Shown one piece after another: positions 29,047 to 41,000 of a DNA stretch of 64,000 bases. The position numbers were made by a program, and so were the translations under genes. Below the pieces are notes generated by a model that was not told the DNA's origin, did no database searches, and was given only the letters and a program-made list of their open reading frames with translations. Each line of letters opens with the position of its first letter. The first letter of the stretch is position 1. Source of the DNA: an uncultured Bacteroidales bacterium (GTDB lineage Bacteria; Bacteroidota; Bacteroidia; Bacteroidales; UBA1402); assembly GCA_964502355.1 (NCBI GenBank), contig CAZCWK010000004.1, positions 16,470-80,469 of the forward strand, written 5' to 3'.

Positions 29047-32000
29047 ATGATGCGATTCATAATTCGTAAGTTTAATATCTATACTCCTGTAATTATTACA
29101 ATTGCAGTACTTATATCGTTATTTTCTTTTACTTCCGATCTTATTGGGCAGACTACTCAGACTTTTACTTCAAGTGGAGCTTTTTCGGTTCCCGATCGTG
29201 TGATAGAAATAACTGTACAATGTTGGGGTGCCGGTGGTGCAGGAGGTGGATCTTCAACGTCGTCATATGGAGGTTCCGGTGGCGGTGGTGGTGCTTATTC
29301 GACTGGAACAATAAGTGTTGTACCTAATCAGAGCATATCATATACTGTTGGTCTTGGTGGATCAGGGAGTACAGGTAATGGTACAGCTGGAGGAAGTTCA
29401 TCCTTTTCAACTCTTACTGCCAATGGCGGTGGCGGTGGCGGTGGCGGTGGCGATAGTGGAACACGAGGAGCAGGAGGTACTGCTTCCGGAGGATCAACGA
29501 ATACTACAGGAGGTAATGGTGTAACAGGCGGCACTTCTGGTGGTAAAGGAGGAGATGGTGCTAATGGAGGTACAGGTGGAAATGGTAGTACAGATAATGA
29601 TGGTGTTGCAGGAAACTTTCCCGGAGGAGGTGGAGGAGGTGGAGAAGCTTCAGGAATTTGGCTTTGGACTACATCAAAATCAGGTGGAGCTGGAGCAAAT
29701 GGACAAATAAAAATAACATATTCCACTGTAAACGTTGTTGTTTCCGCTTCATCAGGTAGTACTACCGGTTATTATAAAACGCTTAAGAATGCATTTGACA
29801 AAATAAATGATGGTACTCACAAAGGAAATATTTCGATCACTATATATGGAGATCTTACTGAATCTTCTACTGCATTATTAAATGCCTCTGGAACCGGGAG
29901 TGCGAGTTACAATAATGTGAATATTTATCCTGTTGTCTCGGGTGTAACTATAAGCGGTTCAATAGATGGGCCTTTAATAAAGTTAGACGGAGCGGATAAT
30001 GTAACAATAGATGGTCGTGTAAATAATACCGGAAGTACTGCTGATTTGGTTATCGAGAATACAAATACAGGATCGGGTGCCGTAACGATTTCCATGGACA
30101 ATACGGCTCAAAATAATACAATCAGTTATTGTACAATTAAAGGCAGTGGAGGTTCGGATACTAATGGTACTATAAATTTTACCTCGACAGGTTCAAATAC
30201 TGGCAATACTATTACTCAAAATAATATTACAAAAAGTAGTACCGCAGGAAGGACAAATGCTGTCTACTCAAGTGGTTCAAATACGGGTAATACAGTTAGT
30301 AACAATAATTTCTATGATTGTTGGAATGTTGGTGCAAGTTCGAACTTTATTAATCTGGCATCATCAGCATCAGACTGGACGATAGGAGGGAACAGTTTTT
30401 ACAATACAACAACATTTCTTCCTGCCGGGGCTTACGAATACTATGGTATTAATATTTCAAACTCTGCTTCAGGTAATAATTTTTCAATAACCGGTAATTA
30501 TTTTGGTGGAAATGCTGCTTTGTGTTCAGGAACAATGACCATAGGCAATACGAGCGCACAATCTGTAAAATTTAATCCGGTTAATTTATCTGTTGGTACA
30601 ACTACTCCAACATCTGTTCAGGGTAACTATATCAGAGGTATTACTATGTATAGTGCCAATAATTTACCTTTTACCGGTATTAATCTAATTTCAGGACTCT
30701 TTAATGTTGGTGATGAAACCGGTAACAATATTGGACAAAACACAGGTACGGGATCAATTACAATAAATGGCTATTCTACTGCAACCGTTTCATATGGTAT
30801 AAACATAGCTACTTCAAATGATGTAGTGGTTTCAAATAATAATATTGGTTCTATCACAGCGGCTAACAACAACGCCGCTTACGGACATAGCTTTTATGGG
30901 ATAATAAAAAATGCGGGAGCCGGGACTTTGACTGTATCAAACAATTTAATTGGTAGTGCTTCAACAGCTGGAAGCATCAACTGTTCATCAGCTGCAACAG
31001 GTGAAAATCAGATATTATCCGGTATAAGTACAACAACAAGTTCTGCATTAAATTTCACTTTATCAGGTAATACAATTGCAAATCTGTCTAATGCCACAAC
31101 AAGAAATCATGCTGAGAATTCTGTATATGGTATAAGTTGTGCCGGAGCTTCAACTAATGTTTTATCAAATAACTTTATTCATCATCTTTCGTGTAGTTCA
31201 ACAGGAACAATTAATGTGGTTTCAGGTATTCAACTAACCAATTATTCAGGTGGAAACACTCTGAAAAACAATATTATTTCATTGGGTGACGGTTTGAACG
31301 GAAAGTTGTATGCAATAAATGGTATTTATGATGCTTGTAATATTACAAATGTTTATTACCACAATACCTCTTTTATTTCTGGAACAATTACAGGTAGTAC
31401 ATCTACCAACACTTATGCTTTCAATAATAATTCATGGATAAATCAGGGTATAAATCTTAAAAACAACATTTTTGCCAACTTAAGATCTGGAGGTTCAGGT
31501 ACCGGGAAGCATGTAGCTTTAAAAATTATGAATGTTAGTCCATCTGTAAGTGATTACAATGACTTATATGTGTCCGGAACAAATGGGATTACAGGTATAA
31601 ATAACACTACTTCCTGTCAGACTCTAGCAGATTGGCGCACATCTACTTCAAAAGATGCGAACAGCATTTCTGAGAATCCATCGTTTACAATAACTACAGG
31701 AAGTACGGCAACAGAGTTTATGCCGGGTAATGATATTTATGGTACAGATTTGACGGCAACTGTACCAACAGACTATTTTGGCACAACCAGATACACAGAT
31801 CCTACAATGGGTGCAGTAGAAAGGCCACTTACGTATAAAGTCGAAGTATATAATGGTTCAACACTTTTAGCTTCTTATATGAAACTGAAAAGTGCTTTTG
31901 ATAAGATTAATGATGGTTCACATACGGGTGCTTTAACTATTAAGTTGGTTGGCTCAACAAATGAAAAAGCTAAAGCAGTATTGAATGCAAGTGGTACAAC

Positions 32001-35000
32001 TACCGGTGGTGGCACCTCAAGCTATACAAGTATCAATATATATCCTACTATCTCAGGATTAAAGCTTGCTGGTAATTTGAATGATGCATTAATATTACTG
32101 AACGGAGCTGATAACATCACTTTTGATGGTAGAGTAAATGCAACGGGGTCTACACTTGACCTGATTATCCAAAATACTAATGTTTTACCGGGAGCCGTTA
32201 CTTTACTATTGGATAATTCAGCTCAAAACAATATATTCCAATATAATATTATTAAAGGAGGCGGTGGTGCATCAACTAATGGTACGTTCGTTTTTGGAGT
32301 CAATGGAAATAATTCAAATAATACAATAAGCAATTGCCAATTAACAAATAACGGAACAAGACGTCAGAATACTGTTTATTCTGCTACCGGCAATAATACC
32401 GGCAACAGTATGACTAATAATCAGATATATGACATTTGGTCTGCCGGGGCTACTTCTTACGCTGTTAATCTGGGTTCTGGTGTATCAGGATGGACTATCT
32501 CAGGAAACAGTATTTATGAAACCACGACTCTGACACCTTCTGCTGCTAATAACTATTATGGTATCAGTATCTCAAGTACATCAGGTAATGGTTTCACAAT
32601 AAGTGATAACTATATTGGTGGTCAGGCTACACAATGTGGAGGCTCGGCAATGGTATTAGGCAGTACATCTCAAAGTAGCATATTTTATCCTTTATATATA
32701 AATGCAGGGAGTGCTACGGCATCATCTGTACAAGGTAACAGGATTAAGAATATTAACTATTCAAGTTCAAGTGCCACACCATTTTATGGTATTTATATAA
32801 GTGCGGGACTTGTTAATATCGGTACGGTATCCGGTAATGCTATCGGAGATACAACTTCTACAGGAAATCTGACTTTAACATCGGGTGCTAATGCTGTTTC
32901 TTATGGAATATATGTTTCAAGCGCAAGTTCGGTTAATGTTTCCAACAATTTAATAGGATCAATTAACCTGGCGACTACATATAATTCTCATGGATTTACA
33001 GGTATCAAAAAGACTGCTGTTGCCGGAAGTTTTACTTCAGGTGGTAATAAAATAGGTAGTATTGCAACAGCCAACAATATAAGGTCTATCTCCTCTAATG
33101 CAAGCCAGAATATCATGGGTATCAGTACAGATGGTACCGGAAGCAATACAATAAGTAATAATATAATTGCAAATATTAATAATACTACAGGTCAGGGCAA
33201 TAGTAGTATGTATGGTATTTCTGCTTCAGGAGCCGGCACTACTACGGTTTCGTATAATTTTATTTATAATGTTTCATTAAGCACGACTGTAATTACAAAT
33301 AAGCTTGCAGGTATTCAAACATCATCTGGTTCCAATACTATTTATAACAACATTGTCGTTTTAGGCGGTAATATTACAAACGGGCTTTATTCAATAAATG
33401 GTTTATTATCAGAAAACGCTTCGACTGACTATTTTTATCACAATACTGTATATCTTTCAGGATCCATAAGTGGAGAAACCTCAGTTTATACCAACGCTTT
33501 TTATAAAGCAGTTACCGGTACTGCGATTATTAAAAATAATATTTTATTTAATGCAAGATCCGGAGGTACGGGTAATGGTAGACATAGTGCTATATCGCTC
33601 AATAGTACTACAGGCGTAACGAGTAATTATAATGTCTTATATGCTCCAAATACAAATGGAGTAGTAGGTGCGATTGTTTTAGATGCTTATAACGCGACCT
33701 CGTATGCAAATATTTCTAACTGGCGAAATGATTCAGGTGGTGATGCATCAAGTTTTAATATTGATCCGGCTTTTGCAAATGCCGGAGGTTTTGTTCCTGC
33801 CAATTATAAGCCAAGTGCTGCAGTGCTTGGAGAAAATATTATATCAATAGTTCCATATGATTTTGAAGGTGCGACGAGACCAATAACTCCTACTATGGGT
33901 GCTTTTGAAAGGATTCCGGGCAAAGTAAATGTTTATAGTGGACTGGATTATCAGGCAAGTTATACAACATTAAAAAGAGCTTTTGATAAAATAAATGATG
34001 GTACGCATACTGGAGCTCTGACTGTTAAGATAAGCGCGAATACTACAGAAAATCAAACTGCAACTCTTTATAATAGCGGATACACAAGTGGAAGTAAAGT
34101 TTCAAGTTATACTTCAGTTCTGATATATCCTACATCAAGCGGTATAACTGTTTCCGGATCGATAAACGGGGTTTTAATTAATCTTGATGGTGCAGATAAA
34201 GTTACGTTCGATGGGCGTGTCAATATGATTGGTTCTACGCCCGGCATGACAATTTCAAATACTTCTACTGGAGCCTCTACAGTTTCAATACAGCTTAATA
34301 ATACGGCACAGAATGATACTGTGAGGTATTGCAACATTCTTGGAGGTGGAGGAGGTGCAGCTAATGCGACCATACTTTTTGGTACGGCTGGAAATAATAG
34401 TAATAATGTTGTAGAAAATAACAATATTACCAATAACGGTACAAGAAGGGCTAATACTATTTATTCTGCAACAGGAACAAATGTTTCAAACATTATCCGA
34501 TACAACAATATTTACAATAACTGGAGTGCTTCAAACAATTCTTATTCGATAAATTTAGGAACTGGTGCCAGTGCCTGGACAATATCAGGCAACAGTATAT
34601 ATGCGACTACGTCTTTTACTTCCGGTGCTTATAGTTATTACGGTATTTATATATCAAATACTTCAGGTAATGGGTTTGAAATTTCAAACAATTACATTGG
34701 TGGAGGTGCACCATCCTGCGGTGGTACTGCTCTGACTATAGGCACAGCGTCATCAGTGATGTATCCAATTTATGTCAATGTCGGGTCTACGACTGCAACA
34801 TCGATTCAGGGCAATACTATTAAGAATATTTCATACACGAGTTCAAGTGCTACTCCATTTTATGGCATTTACATAAATACAGGTCTTGCTAATGTTGGTA
34901 CAGTTACTGGAAATATTTTTGGTGATGCTGCAACAGGTTCAATTACATTAACGGGTTCAGCGAATACTCCTTCGTCTTATGGTATTTATATTGCAAGTAC

Positions 35001-38000
35001 AGCTGCGGTTAATGTCTCGAATAATATTATAAGTTCTGTTACAGCCTCAAATACTTCGGCTGCAAACGCGCATAGTTTTTACGGAATATACAAAACATCA
35101 GGTGCCGGGACGCTCAATATTTCATCAAATGTAGTCGGGCACGGTTCAACTGCATCAAGTGTAATAACAAGCTCAGCTTCAACTGGAAGGGGGCAGATAT
35201 TAATGGGTATTTACTCTGCCGGGACTGGTGCCGTAACAATTTCGGACAATACAGTAGCCAATCTTGTAAATTCAACTACAACATCTTCTGCTTCAAGAAT
35301 AAGAGGCATCCAAACTGATGCGGGGTCGAATACTATTACAAGCAATAATATCTACAACCTTACGCTTCAAGCTGTGACCTCCAATACTACTGGAACTGAT
35401 GCATGTCAGATTGGTATTCATCAGGGTAGTGCGACTGGTGCTCAAACTATAGAAGGCAACAATGTAAATACTCTTACTAACAATTCTTCATCTGTAATTT
35501 CAGTATATGGTATTCTGTTTACAGGACCGACTACGGGTACTAATAGTGTCGCAAAGAATTATATTTATGGATTTAGTTTGCCGAATGTTAACCCTACAAC
35601 TTCGGTTGCACAGAGTTTTGTTGATGGTATCTACCTGGCTTCAGGAACAGTAAATGTTACAAACAATATTGTTGTTTTAGGTAATGGTATAACCAATAAC
35701 TGTACGATTTTTGGTATAAGAAATTTAACCTCAAGTGCTGTAACAGTATATCATAATACAATATTAATAAATGGAACTGCCGCAACCGGAGTGGGTTGGT
35801 CATTTGGTCTGTATGAAAACGCGGGTAGTACAAGTGTAACAAGAGACATAAGGAACAATATTTTTTGGAATACCCGTACCGGCGGGACTTCAGGGTCTGT
35901 TCATCATTGTGCTATATATATAAATGCAACTACTAATCTGACTCTTGATTATAATGATTATGGTTGGGTTGGAAGCTTTTTTGGTGAGTTTACTCCAGGA
36001 ACGTATTATGCGGATCTTGCCTCATGGAAAACAGCCACCGTTAAAGATGCGAACAGTATAAATACCGATCCTTTATTTTTAAATCCGGGGGGAACAGCAC
36101 CTGAAAATTATAAATCCGGTATTCAATTACAGGGTATTAACAATACCGGTGTTGCGTATGACTTTGGTAATACTGAGAGGGTTGAATTTACTATGGGTGC
36201 CTGGGAGTATCCTGCATCACGAGTATCTGTATATATTTCAGATGTTTTACAGCAAAACTATTTTACATTAAAAGCAGCTTTTGATGCTGTAAATGCAGGA
36301 ACGCATCAAGGTGTATTATCTATAAGGATTAATTCAAATACTAATGAACCCGGTACTGCGGCTTTGAATGCGAGTGGAACCGGCTCAGCAAATTACAGTA
36401 GAATTGTAATTTATCCTACAGGCCCTGATATCACTGTTAACGGAAATGTTAACGGACCTCTCGTAAATTTCCAGGGAGCTGACAATGTTTTCTTGAACGG
36501 TAGTGTTTATCAAACTAATACATCTCCTGGTTTGACGGTTTCTAATACTAATACCGGTACAGGTGCAAGCACTATATGCTTTAGTGAATCTGCTCAAAAT
36601 AACCGTGTTTCATACTGTATTCTTAAAGGTTCAGGACTAGGTTCTGGCAGAGGCGTTGTTTATTATGCAACATCTACATCCGGTAACGGTAATGACAATG
36701 ACACAATCTCAAATTGCAATATTACAGCTTCAACTGCCGGAAGACCGCTTAATACTGTTTATTCATCCGGAACTTCTGGTAGTGAGAATGATAATAATTT
36801 TATTTCAAATAATTCGGTATATAATTTTCTAAATCTTGCAAACAACTCTAATGGTGTACTTATAGATGGTAACTCAAATAGGTTTACCATCTCAGGTAAC
36901 AGTTTTTACGGAACAGCAACATTTACTCCGACTTCTGCTTCTACATTTAATATAATTAATATCAGTAATACTTCGGGAGGGGGGCATGTGATCTCCGGTA
37001 ACTATATTGGAGGTAGCAGTGCATTATGTACAGGCTCTTTTGTTAAGTCAGGCAACAACAATATTTTTAATGCTATTACTATAAATACAGGCACAGCTGA
37101 AGCTACGGGTGTATATGGTAATGTTATTAAAAATATCAGTATTACAAATACAGGAAATGCTGATTGTAAAGCCATAAATATTACATCCGGTTTGGTAAAT
37201 GTTGGTACTGCCGGAGGAAACACTATTGGCGAAACCACAGGAACCGGATCAATTACTCTTTCAAATGCAGCTACCGGAGGTTCCTTGTATGGTATATATA
37301 TATCTGGTTCCAATGATGTAAATTGTCAGAATAATTTAATAGGTTCTTTATCGACTACTTCAAGCAATACTGCGAATGCTGTTAGTTTATATGGTATTTT
37401 TAAAACGGCAATTGGTGGTAATACAAATATTTCTAACAATATTATAGGTAGCGTTACTACTGAAAATAGTATTAGTGCAAATTCAATATCTTCTTCAAAT
37501 ATTCAGCATGTATATGGAGTTTATTCTGCAGGCACAGGACAAACTACGATAAATGCAAATGAAATAGCTGATCTTACAAATGCTACTACCAGCACGCAGT
37601 ATTCTTTTACAAGGGGTATTATGACTATTGATGGTTCAAATACCATAACAAATAATACAATTCATCACCTGAAAACTTCAAGCTCTCAGGGGGAAAACTA
37701 TACAAATGTTTGTTTGGTTGGAATATTTCAGGTTAGCGAGACAGCCAATACTGTACAGACTATAACAGGAAACAAGATATTTGAACTTACAAATAATACG
37801 ACAGTTAAAATTGAGATTTATGGTATTTTCTACAAAGGACCAACTACAGGAAGTCCTACCACTCATCAGATAGGTAGAAATTTCATCCATACTTTTAATT
37901 TGGTTTCTACTACGGGAGCATATATACATGGTATATCCATGTATTCCGGAACATATACACTATCAAATAATATTGTATTTCTAGGAAATAATATAACGAC

Positions 38001-41000
38001 AGGTTGTAGTATTTGGGGTTTATGGAACTATAGCAGCAGCCCAATACGCATTTATCATAACACGTCGTATCTTACCGGTACAGCATCTTCAGGCACATCT
38101 TTTTCTTATGCGATGAGGGATTTGAGCGGCTCAGCGACTGACAGAAAAATCAAGAATAATATTTTTTGGGATGAACGAGTTGTTTCAGGTTCCATTTATC
38201 CTCATTACGCTATATATATTGAAAACACAAATAATCTGGAGCTGGATTATAATGACTACCAGTTTACGCAGTATATTGGAAAAGTAGGTACTACCAATTA
38301 TTCGACTTTAGCTAGTTGGCAAACAGGCACCGGGAAAGATTTAAATACGATTATCCTGAATCCTCAACTTACAAATCTTGGTGGTATTCTGCCATCTGAC
38401 TATCAGCCTAACGTCACAGGCTTGTCAGGAACGCCTCTTTCAGAAATACCTACCGATTTTGGTTTCATGGAAAGAAGCACTACTGCCCCGACTATGGGAG
38501 CATGGGAATATTTCTCAAATCCTGTCGAAATATGGAATGGTACAATTTTCAGGAATTCATATCCCACATTAAAAGGAGCTTTTGATAAAATAAATGATGG
38601 TACTTATAAAGGACCAACCGGAGACCTTATAATAAAAATCAGAGGTAATACAATAGAAACGGCTACGGCTACTCTTTATCATTCAGGTTATAACAGTATA
38701 TCAAATTATACTAAACTCCTTATATATCCTGCCAGAAGTAATATTCAGGTGAAGGGTACCTTGTCTGCTCCGCTTGTTGACCTGAATGGTGCAGATAATG
38801 TGATTTTTGACGGGCGTTTAAATGGTAATGCGTCGATGTATGAGTTAATGCTATTGAATGATGCCAATACAACAAGTGCTTCTACAATTAAGTTTACCAA
38901 TTCTGCTGAAAATAATACGATAAGGTATTGTAAGGTGCAGGGCCTTACTACTGCTACCAGTGGCGGTATTGTTTATTTCTCTTCATCTTCATCCGGAAAC
39001 GGTAATGATAATAACTGTATTTTAAATAATAAGATATCTATAGTTGATAACAATAACAATTATAGAGTAATCAATGGTGTATACTCAGAAGGGCTATCCG
39101 GATTTGAGAATAACAACGACAGTATTAAGAATAATGAAATTTATGATACCTGGAGTCCTGGAGTAAGTTCAAACAGTATAAATATTGCTTCCTATTCTTC
39201 CGGTTTCGTCATATCAGGAAATAGTATTTATGAAACCACTGCTTTTACACCTACAGCTGGTTATACTTATCAGGCGATAAGAATTAATAATACTTCTGGT
39301 ACAGGTTTTATTATTAGTGGCAATTACATAGGAGGTAAAGCTGCTCAATGTCAGGGTACAGCTATGAGTCTCGGTATTAACACATCTCAATCTATAGTTT
39401 ACCAGCCAATTTATATTAATGCAGGAACATCAATTGCTACATCTTTACAAGGAAATATTATACAAAATATTGAAGTCAGAAGTAGTAATGCTTCGCCTTT
39501 TTCGGCTATTTATGTTAATGGCGGTACTTCAAATATTGGAACCTCTTCAGCTAATACCGTTGGTAGTTCAACGGGTACAGGCTCGATAACCATTACCAAT
39601 AGTTCAGGCTCAGCAAATGCAAAATCTTATGGTGTTTATTTAAATACTTCAGGTGATGTTAATATAAATGCTAACAAAATTGGATCAATAACGACTGCAT
39701 CCAGCTCTAGTACTTACGGACATGATTTTTATGCAATATATAAAGCAGCAGTCTCCGGAGTTTTGACTATTGCAAATAATATTATAGGAAGTACTTCTAC
39801 ATCGGGTAGTGTTAATACAAGTAGTTCTTCTTCCAATAATAATCAGTTGCTTTGTGGAGTATATACTGATGGTACAGGCGTTACAAATATCAGAAATAAC
39901 ACCATAGCAAATTTACTTAACAGCACTACCAGGAACAACGTAAATAATAGTGTTATAGGTATTCGTTTAAATGGTGTAAACAGTAATGCAAATACTGTGG
40001 AACAAAATTTTGTTTATGGATTGTCCTGCTCAAATACAGCTACAACCAGTGCGGCAAATATGCTTTTAGGGATTTATGTAAACTCAGGAAATGCCAGTCT
40101 TATAAATAACATTATCAATTTAGGTCAGGGGATTTCGGCATTGTTTGGTATTTATGGAATAGTAATAACCGGTAACAGCTCTTATACTAATAATATTTAT
40201 CACAATACAGTATATATTTCAGGTACGGCTACAAATACCACATCAAATACTGCTGCATTTTATAAAATCAATACAGCCGGTCAGACTAATCTGAAAAACA
40301 ATATTCTGTTTAATGCCCGTTCGGGTGGAACTACAGGATACCATTATGCAATTTATTTACCGGGCAGTTCTAATCTGACTATAAATGGCAATGATTATTA
40401 TGTAAACGACACCCAAGGCAGATTAGGTTATTTATCAGGCGGTATAACTACAATTACTGCATGGAGGACAGCAACCGGTCAGGATGTAAACAGCATAAGT
40501 ACTAACCCTAATTTTGTAAGTGCGGGCTCCACTGTCGCTGCAGATTATTATCCCGGTTTAGGTGTAAATTTACTTGGATTATCCGGTACTGGTGTTAATG
40601 TGGACTACGGTAGTTATCCAAGAAGCTCGTCATCACCAACAATGGGAGCATGGGAAAGATCAAATAAATGGAAAGGAACCACAAGCATAGACTGGAATAC
40701 TGCCAGCAACTGGACAGGAAATACCGTACCAGCCGTTGATGACAATATAATTTTTGATGATGCTCCATTCAGGCCTTGTTATATGGATCAGGACAGGTTT
40801 GTAACAGATATAATCAATGCACAGTCAGCTTTCAGAATGGTAACCAATGGTTTTAATCTGAATATTAAAGGTAATCTCGTTTTTACTAACGGCGCGCAAA
40901 TAGATGCTTCTGCGACAGGCTCAACGGTTACATTTAATGGCTCTTCAGCTCAAACCATACCTTCTGGTACATTTTATAATGATAAGGTATATAATCTGAC

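Noticed and set aside
29328-29726. 132-aa Pro-rich ORF on the minus strand
   Set aside because: It is the antisense mirror of the Gly-rich (GGN-codon) N-terminal domain of the giant gene, where CCN reads as Pro. It has no independent signal and is an artefact of composition.
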